DNA from: an uncultured Nitrososphaerales archaeon
GTDB lineage: Archaea > Thermoproteota > Nitrososphaeria > Nitrososphaerales > Nitrososphaeraceae
Direction: 5' to 3'
DNA: 64,000 nucleotides
Assembly: GCA_963841565.1 (NCBI GenBank)
Contig: CAWJCY010000007.1
Span: 32,001-96,000, forward strand
In this document: piece after piece, positions 43,116 through 53,327 of the stretch
Numbering within the stretch: the first letter of the stretch is position 1
How the letters are laid out: the number at the start of each line of letters is the position of its first letter
Notes under the pieces: generated by a model
The model's input: only the letters and a program-made list of their open reading frames with translations
Databases searched by the model: none
Told to the model about the DNA's origin: nothing
Made by a program: the position numbers and the translations under genes

Positions 43116-43771
43116 AAAACGTAATTGTTTTTGTTGGTCCTAGTTTAGATACTGAAAAGGCACGAAAGGTATTGGAAGCCGACTATAGACCTCCAGCCAA
43201 GAAAGGAGATTTGATCAGATTGATTATGTCGTTAGACGATAATGAGACTGTGGTAGGACTAATTGATGGATATTTCTTGCTTGACTATCCGCCCACACCT
43301 ATTGAAGTTTATCAGTTGGTCGTCAGACACAATACTGTAGTAATAGGATCATCAAGCATAGGGGCTCTGCGAGCCGTTGAACTAGAAAAATTTGGGATGA
43401 TTGGCGTGGGAAAAATATTCCAATTATTCAAGCACGGGAGAATAGACGCGGACGACGAAGTAGCTGTAACCTTTTCTCACGACTTGTACCACCTTCAGTC
43501 TGAAGCAATGATAGATATTCGGTATAACTTATACCTATCACTGAAGAAAGGGTTTATCGATAAGGAAACCAAAAAAACTCTCACTAAGGTCGCCAAGGAT
43601 ATCTATTTCCCATTTCGTACATACCAAAATATCATTGAAGAAACCATCAGGCGATATCCTCAGCTGGATGATAAGGCAAGACGCTTCGAAGCCTATATCC
43701 TTAGAAATAGGAAGAGTCTAAAAGAGAGGGATGCTTTGAAACTTATTGAGTATATCAGAGATATGATTTAG
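43112..43771 (+). CDS. tfuA: TfuA-like protein
   Basis: VFVGPSL, PPAKKGD, IDGYF, GSSSIGALRAVEL, DDEVAV, LKERDA; ATGA overlap with ycaO. Confidence 0.92.
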   Translation: MKNVIVFVGPSLDTEKARKVLEADYRPPAKKGDLIRLIMSLDDNETVVGLIDGYFLLDYPPTPIEVYQLVVRHNTVVIGSSSIGALRAVELEKFGMIGVGKIFQLFKHGRIDADDEVAVTFSHDLYHLQSEAMIDIRYNLYLSLKKGFIDKETKKTLTKVAKDIYFPFRTYQNIIEETIRRYPQLDDKARRFEAYILRNRKSLKERDALKLIEYIRDMI

Positions 43772-44010
43772 AAATGTTCAAAAGACGGTATGAATATGTT
43801 TTTTTCAATTTGATGCAGGTCATAACTCTTAGCTCCGCCCACGAGCAGATTACAGGTGAGTGTATCAACCTGATCTATTTGCAATTTAGACCTCTAATGA
43901 TAGGACAAAAGGAAAATATTCGAAGCCCAGTCGAATCGGTATAATTTTTGAATACATGCACACTACAAATTTATCAGAAAGAAGATAGTCTATGATAAAA
44001 TCTCGAGGTA

Positions 44011-45207
44011 TTGGAACACATGCAGCCCATTGAACTGATATCACTTTATACAATTGGTTTTATCATGTTTGGAGTCTTGCTCACTTGGGCGCGGTTGTTA
44101 ACGTATTGCAGGAGATCATTGAAATATTCGCCGAAACTTGAAGACATAAGAAAACTAAATCTTAATCCTATGCCTCGGGTCAGCATAATTGTACCTGCAT
44201 TGAATGAGGAGAATTATATAGGCAGGTGCCTACAAAGCCTTCTCGCTCAGGATTATCATAATCTTGAGATAATATCCATAGATGATGACTCAACAGATAG
44301 TACTCTTATGACCATGAAGTCAGTAGCATCAATAGACCAAAGAATTCGCGTAATCGAGGCTGGGCAGAGGCCAAGTGGCTGGGTGGGGAAAAATTGGGCA
44401 TGCTTTATTGGTTATAATAATTCGACGGGAGATATTCTTATCTTTACTGATGCAGATACTGTTCACTCAGAACAGACTGTTACCTTAGCAGTAAACCATA
44501 TGTTGCAAGAGAACCTCTCCGCGATTACGGCAATTCCTAGGTTGATGTCTGAAGATTTTCTAACTAGCGTCACATTACCTCTACTCTCAGTCTTCTTACA
44601 AACCAAGTTTTCTCCTCTGAAAGTAAACGATTCTGCAAACAAGTTGGGGTATTTTTTTGGAAGTTTTTTTGCTATTATACGAGGCCACTATGAGTCCATT
44701 GGTACTCACAAAGAAGTGCGCACGGAAATAATTGAAGATGGTGCAATTGGGTCGCTTGTAAAAAAAAGAGGGATAAAGATGAAAATGTTTAGAGGAGAAA
44801 ATTGTGTTGATGCATTGTGGGCAAGGGACCGACGAGGATTGTGGAATGGTCTTTTGCGACTGTTGGTTCCTATGCATAGGGAACAAGGTAAGAAGACAGT
44901 TCCGATGGTGATTGCAATTGCCTTTTTAATGTTATTTCCGTTCATTGCTTTACCAGCAGGAATTTATTTTGCATACCGAGTGGAAACCAGCTTGCTAGGT
45001 ATTTTTCTTGCAAGCGCCGCACTGGGTACTTTGTGCATCATGATGATAACAACTGTGCTCATCCTGTCCCAATCGATTAAGACCAGTAAGAAATTAGCCC
45101 TCGGGTCGCTAGTAGGGGCAACCGTCATAACATTGTCTTTTTTTGTTTCCCTGCTTAGAGCAAACAAGCCTCAGTCATTTGCCTGGAAAGGAAGAACGTA
45201 CGTGTAG
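44011..45207 (+). CDS. Membrane GT2 glycosyltransferase (HpnB/CrtQ-like)
   Basis: VSIIVPALNEE, DDDSTD, GWVGKNWA, FTDAD, IIED, C-terminal TMs, WKGR. Confidence 0.9.
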   Translation: MEHMQPIELISLYTIGFIMFGVLLTWARLLTYCRRSLKYSPKLEDIRKLNLNPMPRVSIIVPALNEENYIGRCLQSLLAQDYHNLEIISIDDDSTDSTLMTMKSVASIDQRIRVIEAGQRPSGWVGKNWACFIGYNNSTGDILIFTDADTVHSEQTVTLAVNHMLQENLSAITAIPRLMSEDFLTSVTLPLLSVFLQTKFSPLKVNDSANKLGYFFGSFFAIIRGHYESIGTHKEVRTEIIEDGAIGSLVKKRGIKMKMFRGENCVDALWARDRRGLWNGLLRLLVPMHREQGKKTVPMVIAIAFLMLFPFIALPAGIYFAYRVETSLLGIFLASAALGTLCIMMITTVLILSQSIKTSKKLALGSLVGATVITLSFFVSLLRANKPQSFAWKGRTYV

Positions 45208-45262
45208 AACTAAGTTAAGAATAGTGTTTATTAGTCAAGGTGTAACAGATAACGATGCATTG

Positions 45263-46450
45263 ATGCGATGTGATAACGATCTGGAGCATGTATCCGAGTT
45301 ATTAGATGAATTAAAGCATTCTTCTTACCATATCAGTGGTGAGCAGGCTCTGTCGTTATTCTACGATGCTAGGTTAGAACAACTAGTTGAGTGTTCTTCA
45401 TATTTGCGCAATAAATTTAAACCCTCAATCTTGACTTATTCTCGAAAGGTCTTTGTAAATCTTGTAAATCTGTGTCGCGATACATGTTCCTACTGCACGT
45501 ACAAAAAGGAACCTGGAGAGACTACAATTTCAATGCTCGATCCCGAAAAGGTTTTGGCTATAGTGGAGGTTGCAAAGCGACTGAAATGTACTGAGGCATT
45601 AATCGTTACAGGGGAAAGACCAGAAGTTCGATACCCAGAGGTACGCAGTTGGCTTCAAAAAATGGGGTTCTCTACATTGCCTGAGTATATCGGTGAAATA
45701 AGTGAAATGATTATCAAGAAAACAGGATTACTGCCTCACACTAATGCTGGGAGCCTCTCCAAACAAGAGTTACTCGCTCTAAGGGAAAACAATGCTAGCA
45801 TGGGATTGATGTTAGAATCCTCAAGTATTAGACTATCGAGTCGAGGGATGCCTCACGAGAGGGCACCAAGCAAACATCCTAGGGTAAGAATAAAATCGCT
45901 GACTTCATGTGGTGAGCTAAATATCCCAACTACGACTGGACTACTTTTAGGTATTGGGGAGACGCCTGAGGAAATTATTGAATCGTTGCTTCTTATTAAA
46001 TCGCTACATGAGTCATTCGGGCATATACAGGAAGTAATAATGCAAAACTTTTCACCGAAGGATGGAACATCAATGTCTGATCATCCAGCCCCCTCTAGGG
46101 AATATTTCATGAGAGCAGTAGCGGTAGCTAGAATTTTAATGCCCAAAATGAACATTCAGGTACCTCCAAATCTCAACGAATCCCTAGAAGACTATATTGG
46201 CGTGGGTATTAATGATTGGGGTGGAATATCGCCTCTTACCATCGATTACGTCAATCCAGAACACCCTTGGCCCCCTATAGAACATGTAAATCGGGTGTGT
46301 TTGAAGAAGGGATTTCAACTAAAGGCCCGATTGCCTGTATATCCAGAGTTTTTGAAAAATGGTCGGTCTTATGTTTCCCATCACGTCAGTTCTTCAATTG
46401 AAGCACTCTCTGATGACGTAGGTTTAGTAAAGGAGTCATACCTGATTTGA
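45263..46450 (+). CDS. cofG: FO synthase subunit CofG (radical SAM)
   Basis: TYSRKVF, CRDTCSYC, LPHTNAG, HIQEVIMQNF, QVPPNL, DWGGISP. Confidence 0.93.
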   Translation: MRCDNDLEHVSELLDELKHSSYHISGEQALSLFYDARLEQLVECSSYLRNKFKPSILTYSRKVFVNLVNLCRDTCSYCTYKKEPGETTISMLDPEKVLAIVEVAKRLKCTEALIVTGERPEVRYPEVRSWLQKMGFSTLPEYIGEISEMIIKKTGLLPHTNAGSLSKQELLALRENNASMGLMLESSSIRLSSRGMPHERAPSKHPRVRIKSLTSCGELNIPTTTGLLLGIGETPEEIIESLLLIKSLHESFGHIQEVIMQNFSPKDGTSMSDHPAPSREYFMRAVAVARILMPKMNIQVPPNLNESLEDYIGVGINDWGGISPLTIDYVNPEHPWPPIEHVNRVCLKKGFQLKARLPVYPEFLKNGRSYVSHHVSSSIEALSDDVGLVKESYLI

Positions 46451-47710
46451 ATATAGAAAGCCTTCTCAAGACGGTTGACCCTCTTATTTCAGAGGCTTTG
46501 AATTTGGCAATTGATGGAAAGGAGATATCTGTTGACCAGGCAGTGGAATTGTTCGATACTAGCGGGATTGAAATGAACTTATTGACCTCTATTGGAGACG
46601 AGTTGCGAAGAAGAGCATGTGGAAACGTTGTAACGTATGTCATCAACAGAAACGTGAACTTCACTAATGTATGTATAAAGCGGTGTGGTTTTTGCGCATT
46701 TAGCCGTGATTTCAGACAGGAAGAAGGTTACTTCTTGCCTGTCGAGGAAGTTGTTCGACGAGCTGTAGAAGCCTATCGGTTGGGTGCCACTGAGGTCTGC
46801 ATCCAGGCAGGTCTAGCCCCAAATATGGAGGGTTCTCTTTATCCAGATATCTGTAAAGCAATTAAGCGTGAAATACCGGATATCCACATTCATGGGTTTT
46901 CCCCTGAAGAAGTATTATATGGAGCCAGAATGAGTAACAATAGTGTTAGAGATTTCTTATCTTGGCTTAAAGAATCTGGTGTAGGAAGTCTACCTGGAAC
47001 ATCAGCAGAGATACTGGATCAAGAAGTTAGAGACTTAATTTCTCCAGGTCGAATATCTGTTAATGATTGGATAGATGTCATTAAGACAGCCCATAGATTA
47101 GGCATTCCTACTACCTCAACTATCATGTACGGACATATTGAATCCAATTTCCACAAGGCCAACCATATTGACATATTACGTAAGATCCAGAAGGAAACTG
47201 GTGGCATTACAGAGTTCGTCCCTCTTAAGCTTCGTATATCAGGAAGCACCTATGCACAGCCGCATTAATTTGAAGAACATGCGTGAAGCAGGAGCCGGAG
47301 CAACAGATATTGTAAAAATGTACTCCGTTTCTAGACTGATGCTTCATAACTATGTGAAGAATATACAGGTTTCGTGGGTAAAAGAAGGCTCAAAAATGTC
47401 TCAATTTCTTTTGTGCGCTGGGGCAAACGATTTTGGTGGTACACTTATAAATGAAAGTATCTCCACATCTGCTGGTTCAATTCATGGTCAAATTATGAGA
47501 CCTCGGGAAATAAGAACCCAAATCAAGGGTTTAGGACGGATCCCTGCTCAGCGCAATACATTATATGAGATATTACAAATAAACTCGGGAGCCGAAGAGG
47601 ATTGCCAGACCGAACTTGATCAAGTAAACACCGAGGATTTTGGATCCTATAGAGAGCTTATCAAGCTTGACAAATATAGGTACAAACATTCTTTACGAGA
47701 TCGCAATTAG
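46447..47710 (+). CDS. cofH: FO synthase subunit CofH; apparent frameshift at ~47227
   Basis: NRNVNFTNVCIKRCGFC, PGTSAEIL, TIMYGH, NIQVSWVK, GANDFGGTL. Confidence 0.93.
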
Positions 47711-47952
47711 CTTAGGTTTGTTTTTTCCATAATCAGCATGGTCAGAGTAGACTTAACTCCATTCATCCGTCTGATTTTCAAGCTAATAAAGTCCTTTAAT
47801 CCTTCCATTGAATCCGCTTCTACCTTTAGCATGATATCATATACGCCATAAATCGCGTAGGCCTCCTCAACTCCAGGTAGTTTTTTCATCTCCTCGGCCA
47901 ACGGACCTTCATATCCTAGTTCTGCATTCAGCAATACAAAAGCTCTTGGCAT
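47707..47952 (-). CDS. Lrp/AsnC ligand-binding-domain-only protein
   Basis: AFVLLN, GVYDIMLKVEA, GVKSTLTM. Confidence 0.88.
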   Translation of the reverse strand: MPRAFVLLNAELGYEGPLAEEMKKLPGVEEAYAIYGVYDIMLKVEADSMEGLKDFISLKIRRMNGVKSTLTMLIMEKTNLS

Positions 47953-48085
47953 TATCCAATCGTTGGGTGTGATTATACTTTAATCTAACTGTTGACCTCT
48001 ACTGACCTTCATTTGAAGTGCCAAAGATTAATCTAGTGAAGCTTAAATTGGCTTTTGTTTTGGGTAGGATCGGTAACGTTTAAGA

Positions 48086-49873
48086 GTGATACAGAAACCT
48101 TTAGGAAAGCAGATGGAGACGCAATTCAACTTGGCCCGCCTTAAATGGCAAACATTGCAACACAATGGAATTGCATTTCCTTCAGAATACAAACCGAGGG
48201 GCATTACTATTGCCATTCTCGGAGAACAGTATCTGTTGAATGCTGCCCAAGAAGAATTGATCTATGCTTGGTCCAGAAAGAAGGATACTCATTACGTCAA
48301 GGATACCGTGTTCGAATCAAATTTCATTATTGATCTAAGAAGCGTACTTCCTCCTAAGTTCGGATCTGTCAGTAAGATGTCCGAATTGGATCTGTCGAAT
48401 GCTTACCGTCTAGTAGATGAAGAGAACAGATTGAAGGTAGAAGAGAAAGAGCGGATTAGAAATCTACCTCGAGATGAAAGAAGGCGTATATCTAATTCCA
48501 AGAAAATTGAGCGAGAACGAATTCGTTCGATTTATGGTTTGGCAACTGTTGATGGTGCGACGGTTGAAATAGCGAATTGGCTGGTGGAACCTCCAGGCCT
48601 ATTCATGGGTAGAGGACAACATCCACTGCGAGGCCGATGGAAACCCAGGGTACAGCCACAAGATGTAATTTTAAACCTTGGAGAAAACGCTGAAGTCCCT
48701 GAAGGAAACTGGAAGGCAATTGTTAATGATCATACCTCAACCTGGCTCGCGACATGGATGGAAAAACTAACTGGCAAAAGAAAGTACATGTGGCTTCATG
48801 ATTCATCCACCCTACGTCAGAACAGTGATAAGGAAAAATACGATAGAGCTGATGTACTAGGGAAGCATATTGACAAAGTTCACGAAAGGATAGTGAGCAA
48901 GATGATTAATTCGAAAGATTTGAGTCAGAAGAAAATATCAACTGTCTGCTACTTGATTAATAAGCTTGCAATGAGAGTTGGAGATGAAAAAGATCCTGAC
49001 GAGGCGGACACTGTAGGCGCGTCGACGTTACGGGTGGAACATATCAGGTTTCCAGTTCGTCAAGGAGTAAAAAGTATAGAATTCAATTTTCTAGGAAAAG
49101 ACAGCGTCCCCTGGCAAAAAAGCTTGGAAGTGAATTCGCGCGATACAGAAGCACTACTTACGAACATAGAATTATTCATGAAGGCCAAGAAACCTAACGA
49201 ACAGATTTTCGATGGGATAACCTCTGCGAAGGTAAATTCATTTCTTAGAACAATCGATAAAAACAGGGTTCCCGGTTTGACTGCAAAGGTCTTCAGAACC
49301 TTCATAGCGACTCAAATTGTTAAAGAAGCTCTTGCACGTCCTCCAATCAAAGTAAACAAGGAGTCATCGGAAATGGAAAAAATATACATGGCCAAAAAGG
49401 CGAATCTCGTTGCTGCTATTACTTGTAACCATAAAAAGGGAATTGATTCAAACAATCCTGCTAGCAAGCAAGCCCTAGAGAGGTTTCAAAAATCAGTGGA
49501 AAAGAAAGAAGAGGTTATCAGAAAAATTGAGAACGATATAGCCTCTCATAAATGGAAGACTGATTTACAAAAGAAAAGAATGATGGACAGGCTGGATAAG
49601 GTCCAAATAACGTTGCAACTACAAAAGGAAACTCGTGATTATAACCTTGGGACTTCACTTAGAAATTATATAGACCCAAGAGTCGTGAAATCATGGATGA
49701 ACCATGTGGGTCTTGATTGGAAGAGGCTCTTTACAGCAACCTTGCAACGTAAATTTAAATGGGTTGAAATATATTCTGATGCCGAGTTGCGACAATATCT
49801 CCCTGCAGTCGACGAAATTGGGTACCGTAAATCCGAGACCGTGATTCAAGAGGAAAGTTTGACTAAAAGTTAA
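48086..49873 (+). CDS. Eukaryote-like DNA topoisomerase IB
   Basis: KWQTLQHNG, EPPGLFMGRG.HP, RVGDEK..DTVG, FLGKDS, AKVFRT, CNH, GTSLRNYIDPR. Confidence 0.96.
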   Translation: MIQKPLGKQMETQFNLARLKWQTLQHNGIAFPSEYKPRGITIAILGEQYLLNAAQEELIYAWSRKKDTHYVKDTVFESNFIIDLRSVLPPKFGSVSKMSELDLSNAYRLVDEENRLKVEEKERIRNLPRDERRRISNSKKIERERIRSIYGLATVDGATVEIANWLVEPPGLFMGRGQHPLRGRWKPRVQPQDVILNLGENAEVPEGNWKAIVNDHTSTWLATWMEKLTGKRKYMWLHDSSTLRQNSDKEKYDRADVLGKHIDKVHERIVSKMINSKDLSQKKISTVCYLINKLAMRVGDEKDPDEADTVGASTLRVEHIRFPVRQGVKSIEFNFLGKDSVPWQKSLEVNSRDTEALLTNIELFMKAKKPNEQIFDGITSAKVNSFLRTIDKNRVPGLTAKVFRTFIATQIVKEALARPPIKVNKESSEMEKIYMAKKANLVAAITCNHKKGIDSNNPASKQALERFQKSVEKKEEVIRKIENDIASHKWKTDLQKKRMMDRLDKVQITLQLQKETRDYNLGTSLRNYIDPRVVKSWMNHVGLDWKRLFTATLQRKFKWVEIYSDAELRQYLPAVDEIGYRKSETVIQEESLTKS

Positions 49874-50058
49874 ACGGTTTATGATATACTTCTTCATTGG
49901 AGTGTGCAAGACCCTCAAACTTGAATATTTCAGAACTATAGTTGAACCTGAGAATTCTGGGCCGTTCCCTGAAGTTTCAAAATTTCAACTCGAGCATAAT
50001 TGCTGTGTTTGCCAAAATCATTCACCAAGTATAAATATTTGATCTCTTATATTAGAAC

Positions 50059-50571
50059 ATGGATGAATTTTCAGCAGAACCTACGAGTATGTCCTTTCTC
50101 CTAATGGCACCTGCTAGGAAACTCGCTGATTCGAATGTAGCAATGGCAGACTACAACGACTCTGCTGACACGGCCATAAGATTGATGAAGGAAAAACAGA
50201 CAAAGTGTGTATTGCTTTCTAGAGGCGGTGAGGCAATTGGAATAGTGACCAAGACAGATATTCTTTACAAGGTATTATCTCAAGGGAAGAATCCATCGAA
50301 GGTACGGCTTGAGGAAATCATGACTAGTCCTATACTGGCAGTGGACCCTGATTCCACAGTGCAGGAAGCATTATCTATAATGGATAAGCACGCTATTCGT
50401 CAGATCGTCGTCAGCTCAAATTCGTCTGTCATTGGGATTATTTCGAGGGATGATCTTTTTGAGAGAGAGCAACTTACAACAACCTCAGCTGAAGACTCTG
50501 CTATAGAAGGTACGCCAGTATGTATCATAAATCCAGAAGCTATTCTATTTAGTAAGGACAGTGAAGTCTAG
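50059..50571 (+). CDS. CBS-pair protein (possibly C-terminally truncated)
   Basis: GIVTKTDI, IMTSPI, GIISRDD. Confidence 0.85.
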   Translation: MDEFSAEPTSMSFLLMAPARKLADSNVAMADYNDSADTAIRLMKEKQTKCVLLSRGGEAIGIVTKTDILYKVLSQGKNPSKVRLEEIMTSPILAVDPDSTVQEALSIMDKHAIRQIVVSSNSSVIGIISRDDLFEREQLTTTSAEDSAIEGTPVCIINPEAILFSKDSEV

Positions 50572-50815
50572 GCAGCGGCATTTTTTTTTGGCCAAGGACA
50601 TTCGATTAAATGGCTTATTTGGTTCCCACTTAAACGTACATTCCTCTGAACACTAGAGGGATGCAGATGAAATACGGAGGAATATATTTTCAATTCCTAG
50701 GACAAAAATCAAATTCATGGCGTATAGTTTTTAAAAATCAAAATAAGATCCATAAGACTTGGGGAGATATCTTTATTAGAGTAGGCCATCAATTGCTGAA
50801 CGCAACGCTGAGCTT

Positions 50816-50890
50816 GCCGGGGTAGCTCAGCTTGGTCAGAGCGTTCGACTCATAATCGAAAGGTCGCGGGCTCAAGTCCCGCCTCCGGCA
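50816..50890 (+). tRNA. tRNA-Met(CAT), elongator type, intronless
   Basis: GCCGGGG/CTCCGGC-A acceptor; TTCGA-CT CAT AA-TCGAA; T arm GCGGG-CTCAAGT-CCCGC. Confidence 0.9.
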
Positions 50891-51277
50891 CACTCTCAAA
50901 ATTTCCATTTTTTCCCAACACACAGGCTTTGATCATTTATGATTTGGCCGCTCAACTTTAGCTAATATGCCTCATAAGTAAAATTGGGTTGCACTAAATA
51001 TAGATCGTGACGATTATTTGAGATTTGATACTGAAGGTGTTTGAACTTTAGTTGACGGTAAGACTAGTGATATGACGAGACAGAACTACAACGGTTGTTA
51101 TACCAAGCACTTTTATCTTGTCTAAAAGTCATTCGTTAGGAGATGACCATTTTTATTCTTGAAGACTTTTAATTGCAATCTGATCCAAATTGAGTACCGG
51201 TATCTCAGCTCTGAATTGATCAGCATGAACTATAACAGTGAGTTTATCACTTCCGATCATTTGAGAAGTATGCAACC

Positions 51278-51616
51278 ATGACAACAAATCCTGATTTCTA
51301 TCGGACTTTGAAGGTATCTAAGACATTTCAAATCCGCAGCACGGAGGACATAACAAATATCGTGACTCAGTTGGCAGACTTTATCGAAAAGAATGTTTCT
51401 TTGCATGATTTGAGTGTAAGAATACTTCTCCCCAGAGAGGCTGGTAGTGGTTCACGTGCACAGAAATGGGGATTATCTCTTCGATCTGGATTGATTTTAG
51501 CGTTGAAAAGGAAAGGAGTAAGACCAAATCTAAAAGAAGTGAGGTACGTTCACGATGAATATCACTATGGATGGATATTGATCGAGCCCCGTCTATTCGA
51601 TAATTTATGTGTTTAA
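51278..51616 (+). CDS. Hypothetical protein
   Basis: 112-aa ATG ORF with protein-like composition. Confidence 0.7.
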   Translation: MTTNPDFYRTLKVSKTFQIRSTEDITNIVTQLADFIEKNVSLHDLSVRILLPREAGSGSRAQKWGLSLRSGLILALKRKGVRPNLKEVRYVHDEYHYGWILIEPRLFDNLCV

Positions 51617-51676
51617 TAGTTATTCCGAAAATTTTGAAATGTAAGAAATTAAATTTGGAACGTTTGATACACAAAG

Positions 51677-51780
51677 GGCCTTCGGAGGGATTTGAACCCT
51701 CCTCAAGCGGTTTCTGCCATAAGTGATTACCGTATCTCGTCCACAGCCGCCTATACTGACCAGGCTATACTACGAAGGCC
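51677..51780 (-). tRNA. tRNA-His(GTG), encoded G-1, 29-nt intron at 37/38 (51712-51740)
   Basis: G-GCCTTCG/CGAAGGC-C acceptor; GGCGG-CT GTG G|A-CCGCT; BHB helix CTGT/GCAG; TTATATATA upstream. Confidence 0.94.
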
Positions 51781-52106
51781 ACTTCATATCATGTGCAATT
51801 ATAGTGCTATATATAATTTCTAAGTCGGGGTTTCTGATGATGACATGAGGGTTTTCTTTATCTTTGACTCAGCAAGGCCTAACTCGTCACGTGGATTCGG
51901 AAGAAATGATCATCACGTACGGTAAATGATATGTAATATGCCACCTTTCCCTTCAATCTAGTAAATCGAGTATAATTATAAACATGTCCAATCTATCATG
52001 CTTACCGAAAATCTTGGTAAGAAATGTGATCTTGAGTTGACTCTCAGGATCTTCGTTTTCAATTTAAAGACTTAAATCTCGATGAGTAGTCTTGATTCCA
52101 CTTAGC

Positions 52107-53135
52107 ATGAGCTGCTCAGGAGAGTATAATTCCCACAACTCAGGAAATAATCTAATCCAGATCGATACAAATGCGAGAGCTAAATTGCTAAACGCAAAGT
52201 ATGGTGTGTACAACCATTCAGCAGTGGAATTATGTCACTGGACCAAAAAATCTTTTGCTAACGAGGGAGATTGTTATAAGCGAAGATTTTACGGAATCTC
52301 GACTCATAGGTGCATGGAAATGACTCCAACAGCACTAAACTGCGAAAATCGCTGCGTCTATTGCTGGAGGCCTACAGAATTCTATGATACTCTCATGATG
52401 CCAGAAGACCTAGTTGATGAACCAGATGCAATTGTAGCTAATTTGATTGAAGAACGAAGAAGACTTTTGACTGGATTTTATGGTCATAAGAAGTACGACA
52501 AGAATAAACTTGACGAAGCATTATTTCCACAACATTATGCAATCTCGCTTTCTGGAGAACCTACAATGTACCCAAAATTACCTGCACTGATCAGATATCT
52601 TAGGAAATTGCCAACGACCAAATCGATATTTTTGGTTACTAACGGACAAGAACCTCAAATGTTAGATTTACTAGCAGAAGAAAACTCTCTTCCTACCCAG
52701 CTCTATCTGTCTACGAACGCGGTGAACAGGCTTAGTTTTATTAAAATAAATAGACCCAGACATCCAGACGCATGGGAAAGGTGGCTGTCGAGTTTCCAGT
52801 TTCTTGCTAGGTGTGAAACGAGAACAGTAATTAGAATTACCCTCGTTAGGAGTCATAATTTTAATCATGAAACAATAGTACAGCTTTCTAAACTAATTCC
52901 TAAAGCCAATCCCCATTTTATCGAGATAAAATCATACATGCATGTAGGCATGTCAACACAGCGATTAGAGAGGCAAAATATGCTCGAAATGGAAGAGGTT
53001 AGGGATTTTTCAGGAAAACTTTGCGAAATGCTTCCGGGCTTCAAAGTGATGGACGAGAGTGAGATTTCTAGGATAGTAGTTTTGCAGAATATGAACAGGT
53101 ATACTGATAGGTTCATCTCGTCGTACTTGCATTAA
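52107..53135 (+). CDS. taw1: 4-demethylwyosine synthase Taw1/TYW1 (radical SAM)
   Basis: HSAVELCHWT, CYKRRFYGI.THRC, CENRCVYCWR, AISLSGEPT. Confidence 0.95.
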   Translation: MSCSGEYNSHNSGNNLIQIDTNARAKLLNAKYGVYNHSAVELCHWTKKSFANEGDCYKRRFYGISTHRCMEMTPTALNCENRCVYCWRPTEFYDTLMMPEDLVDEPDAIVANLIEERRRLLTGFYGHKKYDKNKLDEALFPQHYAISLSGEPTMYPKLPALIRYLRKLPTTKSIFLVTNGQEPQMLDLLAEENSLPTQLYLSTNAVNRLSFIKINRPRHPDAWERWLSSFQFLARCETRTVIRITLVRSHNFNHETIVQLSKLIPKANPHFIEIKSYMHVGMSTQRLERQNMLEMEEVRDFSGKLCEMLPGFKVMDESEISRIVVLQNMNRYTDRFISSYLH

Positions 53136-53327
53136 GGATGCAATAAATAAATTAATAAAATCTGCTCCAAATTCATGGAATTGCTTATCATTATTTACTG
53201 CCAATTATAGAATCTTCTTCAATAGATTGAAGACATAAAATGGTCAAGTTATTTTTGTCCTCTGCCAAAATCCGATTACATCTAATTTTTTTATAGGCCC
53301 CTCTAAATTGCTAGTAAGGTCCGCCAA

